Assembly: GCA_005791575.1 (NCBI GenBank)
Contig: SXWA01000078.1
Span: 6,688 to 70,687 of the forward strand
Origin: Planctomycetaceae bacterium
GTDB taxonomy: Bacteria; Planctomycetota; Planctomycetia; Pirellulales; UBA1268
Length of the DNA: 64,000 bases
Reading direction: 5' to 3'
In this document: positions 27,658 through 37,800 of the stretch, piece by piece
How positions within the stretch are numbered: the stretch's first letter is position 1
Layout of the letters: every line of letters starts with the position of its first letter
Notes under the pieces: generated by a model
What the model was told of the DNA's origin: nothing
The model's input: only the letters and a program-made list of their open reading frames with translations
Databases searched by the model: none
Translations under genes and position numbers: made by a program

Positions 27658-28814
27658 GCGGAGACCTCCCGCATGCTTCGGCCAGCGAACGCCGTTGACG
27701 GATCAGCCGTCCAGACGAGCATGAGCACGACCGATGCGCCGAGGATCATCATCCCAAGGATCGCATGGCCGGTCACCACCAGCGCACCGCGAATGCTGCG
27801 CGCCACAAGCGGGCCACTCGGGGTCCACGCATCCTGGAACCAGCCGGCAGGCACACCATAACTCACCAGCCACGCGCCGCAGCCGAGGAGAATCTGGCAG
27901 CCGACGAGGGCGAGGATGGTCCGCGACCAGCGCCGGGCGGCCGGAGGTTCGTGCGGCTGCCACGCGAGGGCCGCCAAGGCGGCGAGAACGACCACGGCGG
28001 CGGCGCCGATGAGATGGAACGACACGATCCAGCCGAAGTCGGTGGGAGTGAGGGTCGCGTCGAGGTGCCGGAGTTGGGCACCGGCGACCAGTTGGAGGTA
28101 CGCGGCCGCCACGAGCGCAGGGGGCACGAAGCCGGCTGTGGCCCACGAAGGCAAAGCCGAGGGCAAAACGGAAGGCAAAGCCGAGGGCAAAACGGAAGGC
28201 AAAGCCGAGGGCAAAACGGAAGGCAAAGCCGAGGGCAAAACGGAAGGCAAAGCCGAGGGCAAAGCGGAAGGCGGGCCGACCGTCGACGGAGCGCGGCGGG
28301 GCGGACGGGCGCCGTCCCCTGCCCCGATTGGCGGATCATTGCGCTGGCGGAACGCCAGCGTGGCGATCGCGGTGGCGACGGCGAAGAACAACGGGCCGGT
28401 GCAGGCGTGGACCTTGGCGATCGTCTTGTCGTCGAGGAGCACGCGCATCCCGCCGAGCACCCCCTGGACCACCACGAGGAGGACGGCCGCCACGACCAGC
28501 CCGCGGATCGCCGGATTGCTCGGCCGCAGCCAGACCAGACCGGCCAACACCAACGTGATCAGGCCCACTGCCGCCCCGAGCAGCCGATGGCCATGCTCGA
28601 GGAACAGGTCCCAGGGTCCGCCGAGCCAATCAGCGAGGGGAAAAAGAAACATGTTGTGGCCATACGTCGCCGGCCAGTCGGGCACCGCCATCGCCGCGTC
28701 GTACGTCGTCACCAAGGCGCCGAAACAGAGCAGCACTGCCGTCATCCCCACCAGTAGGCAGGCGACCAGGAGGGTCAGGAGGGGACGCGGGGAGACTGTC
28801 GCAGGGTCGGCCAT
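27654..28814 (-). CDS. ctaA: Haem A synthase (COX15/CtaA family)
   Basis: The ATG at 28814 gives 386 aa. It contains TTYDAAMAVPDWPATYGHNMF, LEHGHRLLGAAVG and, in the second half, HLIGAAAV and VTGHAILG, which are paired His-containing helices. It also carries the in-frame SALPSVLP repeat. Confidence 0.85.
   Translation of the reverse strand: MADPATVSPRPLLTLLVACLLVGMTAVLLCFGALVTTYDAAMAVPDWPATYGHNMFLFPLADWLGGPWDLFLEHGHRLLGAAVGLITLVLAGLVWLRPSNPAIRGLVVAAVLLVVVQGVLGGMRVLLDDKTIAKVHACTGPLFFAVATAIATLAFRQRNDPPIGAGDGARPPRRAPSTVGPPSALPSALPSVLPSALPSVLPSALPSVLPSALPSVLPSALPSWATAGFVPPALVAAAYLQLVAGAQLRHLDATLTPTDFGWIVSFHLIGAAAVVVLAALAALAWQPHEPPAARRWSRTILALVGCQILLGCGAWLVSYGVPAGWFQDAWTPSGPLVARSIRGALVVTGHAILGMMILGASVVLMLVWTADPSTAFAGRSMREVSA
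28150..28269. repeat. 24-bp in-frame tandem repeat, 5 copies, inside ctaA
   Basis: GGCAAAGCCGAGGGCAAAACGGAA is repeated 5 times, and the last copy has one substitution. On the - strand it encodes (SALPSVLP)n in the central loop of CtaA. Confidence 0.95.
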
Positions 28815-28872
28815 CGGCACTTCTGTGGAAACGCGACAACGGGAGGGTGGGCGACGCGCTGCCCGGGCTGGA

Positions 28873-30681
28873 TCAGTGGGCGGCCGCCAGGGCCGCGGAA
28901 TGGGCATCGGGTGGATCGGTCTGCATGAGATGGTCCTTCTCGCAGCCCGGCACCGAAAACTCGTAGGGCCCGCGGTGCACGACCGGCTGGAAGTCGAAAT
29001 TGCCGTGGCCAGGGGGGCTCGGCGCCGTCCACTCGAGGGTGTTGGCATTCCACGGATTCCGGCCGGCGACCGGACCGTAAAACATGCTCCACACGAAGTT
29101 GACCGCGAAGATGATCTGGGTCGCCACCATCCCGATGGCGCACCACGTCATGAACGCGTTGAGCGGCTGGAGGTGGTGGAACGTCTCGTAGTGGTAGGCA
29201 TCGGCGAGGCGGCGCGGGAAACCGACTGCCCCGAGGATGTGCATCGTGAAGAAGGTGCCGTTGAGGAACAGGAACGTGAGGAAGAAGTGCACCTTGCCCC
29301 ACGTCTCGTTCATCAGCCGGCCGAACATCTTCGGGAACCAGTAGTAGATCCCCGCCCACACCCCCATCGCCGTGCCGGCGAAGAGGACGTAGTGGAAGTG
29401 GGCGACGATGAAGTAGGTGTCGTGGATGAAGATGTCCACCGGCGTGGCGGCCATGAAGATGCCCGACAGACCGCCGATGATGAACATCGAGACGAACGAC
29501 ACGGCGAAGAGCATCGCGGTCGTGAACTGGATCCGGCCTCCCCACAGGGTGCCGAGCCAGTTGAAGGTCTTCACGGCGCTCGGTAGGGCGATCATCATCG
29601 TCGACACCATGAAGGTGATGCCGAGGGCCGGGTTCATGCCCGAGATGAACATGTGGTGGCCCCAGACGATGAACCCGAGGCCGGCGATCCCGGCGATCGA
29701 ATAGACCATCGGCCGGTAGCCGAACAGGGGCTTACGGGCGAAGGTCGTGAGGATGTCGCTCACCATCCCCATCGCCGGAAGGATCATGATGTAGACGGCG
29801 GGGTGGCTGTAGAACCAGAAAAGGTGCTGCCACAGCAACGGGTGGCCACCGCCGGTGCTCGTCGCCAGGTTGTTGACGACGTTGCCCTCGGGGGTGAAGA
29901 AGCCGGTGCCGAGGAGGCGATCGGTCAGCTGCATGAAGCCGGCTGCCGTGAGCACCGGCAGGGCGAACGCCTGCAGGATCGCGGTGATGAACATCGCCCA
30001 GATCGTCATCGGCAGGCGGAACATCGTCATCCCCGGGGCCCGCATGAGGATGATCGTCGTCATGTAGTTGACGCTGCCGAGCATGCTCGACACGCCGACC
30101 AACGTCAGGCCGAGGAGCCAGAGCGTCTGACCCCAGCCGCTGCCCGGGCTCGAGGCGACGTTCGTCGTCAGCGGGGGATAGCTCGTCCAGCCGCTCGAAG
30201 CCGCCCCGCCCTCGACGAAGAAACTCGCCCCGAAGGCGATGAAGGCGGGCCACATGAACCAGTAGGAGAGCATGTTGAGCGTCGGAAACGCCATGTCATC
30301 GGCGCCGATCATCAGTGGGATGAGGAAGTTGCCGAAGGCGCCGGCGAGGATCGGGATGATCACGAGGAAGATCATCACCGTGGCGTGCATCGTGAATAGC
30401 ATCGTGTAGAACTCGGGCGACATCTGGCCCCCCTCCTGGGCGAACAACTTGCCCAGCACGGGTACCTGCGACCACGGCCAGGCGATCTGCCAGCGCACCG
30501 CCAGCGCGAGCAGGCCGCCGATGAGGAACCAGAGGAGTGTCGAAAACAGGAATTGGAGCCCGATGACCTTGTGATCCTTCGAGAAGACGTAGGTCGAGAG
30601 GAAGGTCGAGAGCGACTGCCCGGTCCGAGGCGTGACCACGGCAGGGCTCGACGGCGCGTGGGGGGCTTGGACGGTGCTCAT
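28873..30681 (-). CDS. ctaD: Cytochrome c oxidase subunit I (haem-copper oxidase, A-type)
   Basis: The ATG at 30681 gives 602 aa. It contains HKVIGLQFL, MHATVMIFLVIIP, WFYSHPAVYIMILPAMG, GFIVWGHHMF and HDTYFIVAHFHYVL. Confidence 0.97.
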   Translation of the reverse strand: MSTVQAPHAPSSPAVVTPRTGQSLSTFLSTYVFSKDHKVIGLQFLFSTLLWFLIGGLLALAVRWQIAWPWSQVPVLGKLFAQEGGQMSPEFYTMLFTMHATVMIFLVIIPILAGAFGNFLIPLMIGADDMAFPTLNMLSYWFMWPAFIAFGASFFVEGGAASSGWTSYPPLTTNVASSPGSGWGQTLWLLGLTLVGVSSMLGSVNYMTTIILMRAPGMTMFRLPMTIWAMFITAILQAFALPVLTAAGFMQLTDRLLGTGFFTPEGNVVNNLATSTGGGHPLLWQHLFWFYSHPAVYIMILPAMGMVSDILTTFARKPLFGYRPMVYSIAGIAGLGFIVWGHHMFISGMNPALGITFMVSTMMIALPSAVKTFNWLGTLWGGRIQFTTAMLFAVSFVSMFIIGGLSGIFMAATPVDIFIHDTYFIVAHFHYVLFAGTAMGVWAGIYYWFPKMFGRLMNETWGKVHFFLTFLFLNGTFFTMHILGAVGFPRRLADAYHYETFHHLQPLNAFMTWCAIGMVATQIIFAVNFVWSMFYGPVAGRNPWNANTLEWTAPSPPGHGNFDFQPVVHRGPYEFSVPGCEKDHLMQTDPPDAHSAALAAAH

Positions 30682-30785
30682 GGACGGGGTCTCCGGAACA
30701 GGCTCGGGGACGACTGGCAGCGGGGTGGAAATGAACGCCGGGTTCCCAGTTGGGGGATCACGGAACGGTTGAGAGGGAACGGTTG

Positions 30786-31592
30786 TCAGGGAACGGCGGC
30801 GACCTCGGCAGCGGTCGCGTCGGCTTCGGGCTGGGTGGCCTCCTGGCGGGCCTCCATCTCGGCGAGCCAGCGATCGAAGTCCTCGCGCGACTCGACGGTG
30901 ATCCGGCCCTTCATCTTGTAGTGGCCCCAGCCGCACAGTTCGGCGCAGACGATGTCGTACTGCCCGATCTCCGTGGCCTTGAACCACACGGGGATCTTCA
31001 TCCCGGGAACCGCATCCTGTTTGATGCGCAGGTTGGGCAGGAAGAAGCTGTGGAGCACATCCATGCTCTTGAGCTGGACAAGGATGTCCTCGTCCACAGG
31101 CACGTGCAGGTCGTTGACGAGGAAGATGTCGTCGGGGGTGCCCAGTTCGCCGTCCCGGCCCGGATAGCGCAGCCGCCATTCGAACTGCCGGGCCACCACC
31201 TCGACCGTCGGCGCGATGCGGGGCCGGCGCATCTTCACGTCGGCCCAGGTGTTCATCTGGTAGATCGCGAGGAACAGGAGCGTGGCGGCCGGGATGATCG
31301 TCCACACCACCTCGAGGGCGTGGCTGCCGTGGATGAACGTCGCCGGCGCCTTCGTACGGGCGCCGTCGTACTTCCACAGGAACCAGAACACCAGCACCTC
31401 AGTGACAATGAACACGATCCCGGTGAGGCCGAGGATGAAATAGAACAGGCTGTCGATCGACCGGCCATGCTCCGAGACGTCCTTGGGCAGCCAGATGTCG
31501 TATGACGGAGCGACGGCGAATGTCGCCACTCCCAACACCGGGACGGCAAGGAACAGCAGGCTCCAGAACATCCCGGACCAGCGGTTTCCCAC
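30786..31592 (-). CDS. ctaC: Cytochrome c oxidase subunit II (CuA)
   Basis: The 268-aa ORF has two N-terminal TM helices and the CuA site DVLHSFFLP...CAELCGWGHYKM. Confidence 0.93.
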   Translation of the reverse strand: MGNRWSGMFWSLLFLAVPVLGVATFAVAPSYDIWLPKDVSEHGRSIDSLFYFILGLTGIVFIVTEVLVFWFLWKYDGARTKAPATFIHGSHALEVVWTIIPAATLLFLAIYQMNTWADVKMRRPRIAPTVEVVARQFEWRLRYPGRDGELGTPDDIFLVNDLHVPVDEDILVQLKSMDVLHSFFLPNLRIKQDAVPGMKIPVWFKATEIGQYDIVCAELCGWGHYKMKGRITVESREDFDRWLAEMEARQEATQPEADATAAEVAAVP

Positions 31593-31680
31593 GTGTGGAG
31601 CTCCTCGTGCAGATGTCGGTGTGCGTGGCGGGGATCGATGCGGGTGGCGGGATGCGGTGATCGGGTGCGGGCACCTTCGG

Positions 31681-33018
31681 TCAGAACCTGTCGCGCGTGC
31701 TGACCGTGGTGGTCCGGTCGGCGCCCAATTCGCCGTCGAATCCGTAGGGCAAAGACCTCACGTAATTGACGATGTGCCAGATTTCCTCGGGGGGGATCGT
31801 GCCCTTGGCCGCCGGCATCGGGGCACCGTTGATGCCGGCATGGATCCGGTAATAGATGTCAAGGGGACGACGCCCGCCGCGGTAGATCCCCTGCCGGAGG
31901 TTGCGCGGCGGAATTGTCCGTGGCCTGTGGGCGTCGCCATCGAGCACATGATGGAAGCGGTTGACCCACGCCAGGTTGGCGCGGTGCTCCGCCAAATCAT
32001 CGGCCGACATCCCGGAGGTTTTGGTCTCCCGGGCACGCTCGGCGGTGCCGTCGATCTCCTTGTTGATTTCGACGATCGCCTTGTTCCAGTCGTCGTAGTC
32101 GTTGGCCTGACCGTCACCGAGGCCGGTCACGCCATGGCACTTCACGCAATTGGCCTTGTCGCCGTAAAACAATTCCTTGCCCTTGGCGATCGATGCCACC
32201 ATGTCGATGTCGGCAGGCATCTCGGGCACGGGGATCCGCGCCTCCTCTGCGGCCCGCCATTTGTCGGCCACCGGCGTGAGCATTTCGTCGACGAGAAAAT
32301 CCCGGGTCTCCGGCAACTTTCCCTGGGCATCGTCGTCGAGATCGAAGAACGCGCGCATCAGGCCGAGTTCGGTCTCGCCGCGGATCGAAAGGTAGCGGAC
32401 ATACTCCGCCAGGGCGTCGATCTGGATGTCGCTGAGCAGGGCGAACGACGGCATCGAGGTGCCCGGAATGCCGTTGTGGAGGATGCGCAGGAGATCGTCG
32501 CGGGTCGGTTTGTCAGCGCGCTCCGTGCTCTTGAATTTGAAGACACCCGGTCGGTAGTCGCGCGGATACGGGTTGAGGAAGGCAGCGGTCGGACCGAGCC
32601 CGTCGCCGGTCACACCGTGACAATGGGCGCAGTGCTCACGGTAGAGACCGTTCTTGCGGCCGGTCGCGTCGCTGTGGACCGGGCCGGCGGCGAGATCGAG
32701 TTTGGCCTGATCCAGGCCCGTTTCGGGCAGCGCGACCGGATCGTCGGGCGTGCCGAACAGCGCGAGCATCACCGTGGCGACTTGACTCTCCTGCGCGGAG
32801 GTGAGGCGCTGCTTGGTCGCCTCGACCATGTTGGGACGGAACCATGCGGGCGGAACGCCACCGCAGCCGGTGCAGGCGAGCAGGGTGGCGAGAAGTCCCG
32901 CGCGGGCGGCCCAGCCCCGCTGGGACACGGCCGACCGGGGTGTGAAAGAACCGCGGGCGGTGGGCCGTCGGGTGATGGCCGAGCCGCGGCCGCGGAAAAC
33001 ATTCGAGGGCGTCTGCAT
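31681..33018 (-). CDS. Dihaem c-type cytochrome lipoprotein
   Basis: The ATG at 33018 gives 445 aa with a lipobox (LLATLLACTGC). It has two CxxCH motifs (CAHCH, CVKCH) and downstream Met-Pro ligand contexts (IPGTSMPSF, INGAPMPAA). Confidence 0.85.
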   Translation of the reverse strand: MQTPSNVFRGRGSAITRRPTARGSFTPRSAVSQRGWAARAGLLATLLACTGCGGVPPAWFRPNMVEATKQRLTSAQESQVATVMLALFGTPDDPVALPETGLDQAKLDLAAGPVHSDATGRKNGLYREHCAHCHGVTGDGLGPTAAFLNPYPRDYRPGVFKFKSTERADKPTRDDLLRILHNGIPGTSMPSFALLSDIQIDALAEYVRYLSIRGETELGLMRAFFDLDDDAQGKLPETRDFLVDEMLTPVADKWRAAEEARIPVPEMPADIDMVASIAKGKELFYGDKANCVKCHGVTGLGDGQANDYDDWNKAIVEINKEIDGTAERARETKTSGMSADDLAEHRANLAWVNRFHHVLDGDAHRPRTIPPRNLRQGIYRGGRRPLDIYYRIHAGINGAPMPAAKGTIPPEEIWHIVNYVRSLPYGFDGELGADRTTTVSTRDRF

Positions 33019-33049
33019 GGAACAGTCCTGAGTGGGCCGGGCGCGGGGG

Positions 33050-33964
33050 TCAACTCCCGAGCGCGGCTGCCGGGATCTCCAATGTGCCGAGGTCCTTGAC
33101 TTGATCCGGTTCGAGCCGTACCTGGAAACGGCCCTTCGGAGTCCACTTGAGGTCGGGACGGTCGAGGCCCAAGGCCCCGCTCGGGCCTGTGGAACGCTCG
33201 TGCCAGACCTGAAGTTCCACCGCTTCACCGGCGGGAAGGTCGGGGATCGTGAACCTGCCATCGGGTGCCGAAACGGCGACGTAGCCATCTTTGCGGAACA
33301 CGGTGTAGGCCTTCATCCACGGGTGGATATTGCAGGTCACCATCGTCGGCAAGCCGGTCTCGGCATCGGCCTTGTAGAGGGTGCCGGCACCGGCCGGGAT
33401 CAGCTGATTGAAACTCGTGCCGGCGATGTTGGTGTTGTGACCGATGGGATCGCTGTTGCGCACGTCGATCGGCTGCCCGACGCGGGCGGCGAACACCGGT
33501 GCGAGGAATTCACAGTTCTTCTGATCGAACACCAGCGGGGTGTCGGGGACTGGATGCCGCACACGGGTCGTCTTGCGGGCGAAAATCACCACGTTGGCCA
33601 CTCCCTTGGAGCCGGGATCGACGACCAGCGAGCGATCGACCAGTTTGACCCCATCCTTCGAGCAGACCTCGGTGTCCTTGTCGACGATCAGCGCCCTCGC
33701 CTCCGCGGGACTGCCGGCGAAGACGAAACGCCCCGAAAGGGTCCCCCATCCGGTGCCCGTCTCAGCTGCCGTTGTGTCGGTCGAGACGGCGGCAGACGTT
33801 CCGAGGGCAGAACGCAACTGGAGCGCGAAGCCGGCATCGGCCGCCGGGTTGGCGACACGGTCTGATCCGCAGCCGGTCAGCAGGGGCACGAGGGCCACTG
33901 CCAGCCACGACGGCGCACCACTCAGTCGGCGCGTGGGCCGATCACTTCTTGAACAGGCTGGCAT
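33050..33964 (-). CDS. Amicyanin/MauL-like cupredoxin lipoprotein with a C-terminal Ig-like (CarboxypepD_reg-like) domain
   Basis: The ATG at 33964 gives a lipobox (LVPLLTGC). Type-1 copper ligand pattern: IGHNTN ... TCNIHPWM, with the same Cys-x2-His-x2-Met spacing as amicyanin CTPHPFM. The C-terminus reads APDGRFTIPDLPAGEAVELQVWHE. The start is inferred and overlaps the upstream gene by 23 nt. Confidence 0.75.
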   Translation of the reverse strand: MPACSRSDRPTRRLSGAPSWLAVALVPLLTGCGSDRVANPAADAGFALQLRSALGTSAAVSTDTTAAETGTGWGTLSGRFVFAGSPAEARALIVDKDTEVCSKDGVKLVDRSLVVDPGSKGVANVVIFARKTTRVRHPVPDTPLVFDQKNCEFLAPVFAARVGQPIDVRNSDPIGHNTNIAGTSFNQLIPAGAGTLYKADAETGLPTMVTCNIHPWMKAYTVFRKDGYVAVSAPDGRFTIPDLPAGEAVELQVWHERSTGPSGALGLDRPDLKWTPKGRFQVRLEPDQVKDLGTLEIPAAALGS

Positions 33965-34739
33965 CGAGCGTGATGTCTCCCATGGCGTTGTCACCGGCCT
34001 TGACGGTGACCTTCTTGCGACCCTTGGCGGTCTTCTCCGCCCTGCCACCGACCTTGATCTCACCGATGTAGCCGGCCTTCTCGTGCCACAACTGGAGCTC
34101 GAGTTCGCCGGCGGGCAGCCCCTTGATCTCGAAGCTGCCATCGGCCTTCGACACCGTGGCGTAGGGGTTGGGGCGGACGACGATCCAAGCCTTCATCCAC
34201 GGGTGGATGTTGCAGGTCACCTGGGCGGGGATCGCTTCCTCCGACGAGAAACTGATCTTCGAGTCGCCACCGGCCGGGATCAGGCTATTGGAGGGGCTGT
34301 TCTTGATGGTCGCGACGTTGCTGTTGTGGCCGATGGTGTCGGAGTTCTTCAGCACGAACGACTGGCCGGTCTGGACGACCGCCACGTGGGGCTCGAAACG
34401 GCAATCCTTGTTGTCGAGGGTGACCGGCGTGTCCTTCGACTTGGCGAGGTCGGGGTGGACCTTGACGTCCTTGTCGCGGACGAACACCACCACGTTGGCG
34501 ATCCCGCCGCCGTCTCCGACGACCAGTTCCTCGCTCAGCAACTTGTGCTTGCCGCAGACCTCGACATCCTTGTCGGCCTTGATGTCGGCGGCGGCCGGCT
34601 TGCTCCCGCCGTAGACGAAACGCCCGGTGATCGTGCCCCAGTCATCGGCCCGCGCGCCGGAGACACCGCCGGCGACGAGCAACGCCGCCGCACCTCGGAA
34701 GGCGATGCCGTGGAGTGCGGCCCTGAAGAGGCGAACCAT
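33942..34739 (-). CDS. Amicyanin/MauL-like cupredoxin (paralogue of 33050..33964)
   Basis: The ATG at 34739 gives a signal peptide (MVRLFRAALHGIAFRGAAALLVAGGVSGARA). The same motifs are present: IGHNSN ... TCNIHPWM, then KADGSFEIKGLPAGELELQLWHE. Confidence 0.8.
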   Translation of the reverse strand: MVRLFRAALHGIAFRGAAALLVAGGVSGARADDWGTITGRFVYGGSKPAAADIKADKDVEVCGKHKLLSEELVVGDGGGIANVVVFVRDKDVKVHPDLAKSKDTPVTLDNKDCRFEPHVAVVQTGQSFVLKNSDTIGHNSNVATIKNSPSNSLIPAGGDSKISFSSEEAIPAQVTCNIHPWMKAWIVVRPNPYATVSKADGSFEIKGLPAGELELQLWHEKAGYIGEIKVGGRAEKTAKGRKKVTVKAGDNAMGDITLDASLFKK

Positions 34740-34831
34740 GGGTGAAGCTCCGCGAAGTGGGGTGGGAACGTCGGGCTGGTCGGGCTGGTGGAGGGGCCGT
34801 CGGCAGGAGGCCACGAGGCCCCTGTGCCACT

Positions 34832-37800
34832 CTAGCCTCCGGACAACGGAATGGGAGCGATGGCGGCGGGCAGGGACGATGCCGATGCACCCGCGGGAGC
34901 CGGTTTCGCTTCGGCTGCAGGAGGTGCGTCACTGGCGGGGACGGCGGGGGCCTGTCGCAGGTACGCCTCGAGCGACAGCTGCTGCTTGGCGAAGGCGTCG
35001 AAGTGCATCAGCAGGTCGGTCAGCGCCGATACCTGTTGCTCACTGGTGCCCTTGTAGAGATCCTGGCTGACCGGCTTGTCGAAGGGAATGTTCACCGGCA
35101 TGCCGGTGTAGGGGAGGTAGCGCTTCGGGTTGGCGATCCAGTTGTGGACGTAGTCCGGACGCAGCCGCTCATGGACCTCGGCCAACTGCGGAGCGAGGGC
35201 CTTGGGGTTGCCCGGAGGTGAATAGGAGCCCACGAGGTGGCACTTCACGCAGTAATTCGTGTTGGTGACAATCTTCATCGCGCCGTCGAGGTGCCCCGGA
35301 TGGGCCTGTTCCGTCGCCGCGAGCGACGACTCGTCGAGGCGTGCGTCGTAGACATACGGGAAGACCGATCCATCGACGGCGGCGAAGTAATTGACCAGGG
35401 CCGTCGCCTCCGACGCATGGAAGTTGAACTTCGGCATCCGCAGCACCGCCGCGGGGCGGATCGTCTGCGGGTTGAGCAGGAACCGGTGGAGCCAGCCTGA
35501 CTGCACTTTATTGCCCTCGCCCACGAGGGGCGGCGGCAGCCAGCCCCAGGCGTCGTCGGCCTTGACGTTGGGGTTGATCTGCTTTTCGTCGGCGATGACC
35601 GTGGGGAACAGCAGGCGTGCCAGATCGCCGCCGCGTGCCGGATAGTGGCGGCCGGCGGCCACGGCGTCGAGCGGCACCTGCAGGGCCTGACCTCCCACCG
35701 CGCGCGGTTCACCGTCGACGAGGACGTCCTTCCAGAGCATCACCGGGAGGTGCGGCACCGATTCGGTGTCCCCGTCCTCGATCGGCACGCCGTCCTCGTC
35801 GACGAACTGCGGCTTCCCCGACGTGGGATCGAGGATCGGCATCCCCGACACCAGGGCGAGGCGCCTTCCCTGCCGGTCGGTGGTCAGCGACCGCGCCACG
35901 TCGTCCGGGGTGAAGTGCGGCGACAGGAACGGATAGTCGGCCGGCGGGGTCGCGCTGCCGAGCGATTCAGGCCGGTAGCGCAGATCCCACCGGTCCATCT
36001 GCAGGGCATGGCATCCGCCGCAATTGTACCGCTCGGCGACGACCAACCCGTCGAGACGGGCCTGATCCCGGGGATCGGGTTTGTGGATGTACTGTGCGGC
36101 AGGCGGTTCGGAGACCAGACCGAGCACGAACGTCATCACTGCTTCGCGCTGCTTGGCGTCGAAGGGGAACTGCGGCATCCGGTAGCGCTCGTTATAGGTC
36201 TTGTTCTCGGCCTTCTTGTAGTCGTAGCTGCGGGGGGCGCGGAGCTTCTGCCAGAGGAAGCCCTCGCGCTCGTGGGCGAGCAGCTTCTCGAGGAAGAAAC
36301 CGGTGTCGGGATCGACCGATTCGGGGCTCACGTGGGGGTCGGTGACCCTGCCGTAGGCAAGGTCAGGGGCAAGCGGCTCTTCACCGAGAAGCGCACCGGC
36401 CGGCCCGGTCGTGCCGTGGGCACCGTCGGCATCGTGTGATCCGGAGAGCGCCCCGCCATGCAGATCGGCACCGTGCGGATCGGCACCATGCAGATCGTTA
36501 CCGTGCGGATCGGCGTGTGCGCCTCCATGACGACCATGTTCGATCTGGTGCATGACGAAGTGGGCCACCTGTTCGAAGGCGATCTTTGACGACTCCTTTC
36601 GGCCCCAGTCGGCGAGGGCGGCGCCCGCCGCCTTGGCATCCTCGAAGCCGGGGATGTCGTGGCAGGACGAGCAGGCGAGTTTGGCGATCGTCTTCTTGCC
36701 GACGTACTCCAAGAGCCGGGCGTCGCGATCCGCCCCGCTCATGCCGACGAGCATCCGCTCGTCGCCCTGGATCACTGTCTGGTCGGAGGGCAGCCCCTCG
36801 GCGAGCACCCGCTCGGCGCGGGCCGCCGGGAAGCGATCCTTGAGGTACATCAGCGCCAGTTCGGCGGTGGCGGCCCTTTCGCCATCGGTAAGGGAATCGG
36901 CAGCGGGAATGTCGCGCGGATTCCACTCCTCGGTGGAACGGAGGAGATACGCGGTGGCGTCGGCAGCCGGATCGCTGACCGTTCCATCGGCCAGCTTGAC
37001 CGGCTCGAGGAGGACGTTCGGCATGATCGTCCGCGGGTGGTAGCGAGACGGCTCCCTGAGCCAGGAATAGAGCCACTTTGCCCCATCGGGGTGCGAGGCC
37101 GCCTTGGCACCGATCCGCGACAGATTGGGGCCATGGATGCTCGTCGCACCGGGGAAGTCGGCGTGCTGATGGCACGCCAGGCACCCGCGCACCTCGACCA
37201 CCTTCTTGCCGCGTTCCACGTCGGCTGCGGCGGTGATGCCGGCCGGTGGGGCAACGTAGTCGAACGGCTGGCTGACGCTGTCGAGGTAGGCGATCATCGA
37301 GCGGATCTCGATCGGCTCGTAGCGCTGCGACTCCTCGAGACCCTTGCCGGAGAGATGCTCCCAGAGTCCGAAAAACCGCGGCATCTTGGTGGAGGGGCGG
37401 AAATCCTGGGGGTTTCGCAGCCACGAATAGAGCCAGTCGAAACCGACCTTCGACGCGACATGGCGCAGGCTCGGTCCGACCTTCGGGAGCCCGCCCGGGG
37501 TCTCCGGATCCTTGAGGAGTGTCGCCATCTGGTGGGTCCGCTCCGCGAGCACACCATCAGCGCCGGCCGCGGCGTCACGCTCGATCACCTGACGGAGACG
37601 CTCACGGGCCTGGCGCCCATCGGGACTGTGGGCCACTTCGTCGGCCCAACGCCTCGCCATGCCGCCATCGTCGAGGCTGTCGAGCGCCGGATCGGCCGAC
37701 ACGGCCGCCGCGACTTCGTGGAAGTTGGGGGCAAGACGCATGTCTGGGCCGATCCGTTTGTCGGGGCCGGCCCAGCCGTTGATCTCGTGACAGCCATAGC

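Noticed and set aside
28150-28269. Possibility that the regularly spaced repeats here (and at 10332, 24561 and 48986) are CRISPR arrays
   Set aside because: The units are directly abutting, with no unique spacers, and unit lengths are 15-123 bp. No cas genes are present. They are tandem repeats, not CRISPR.
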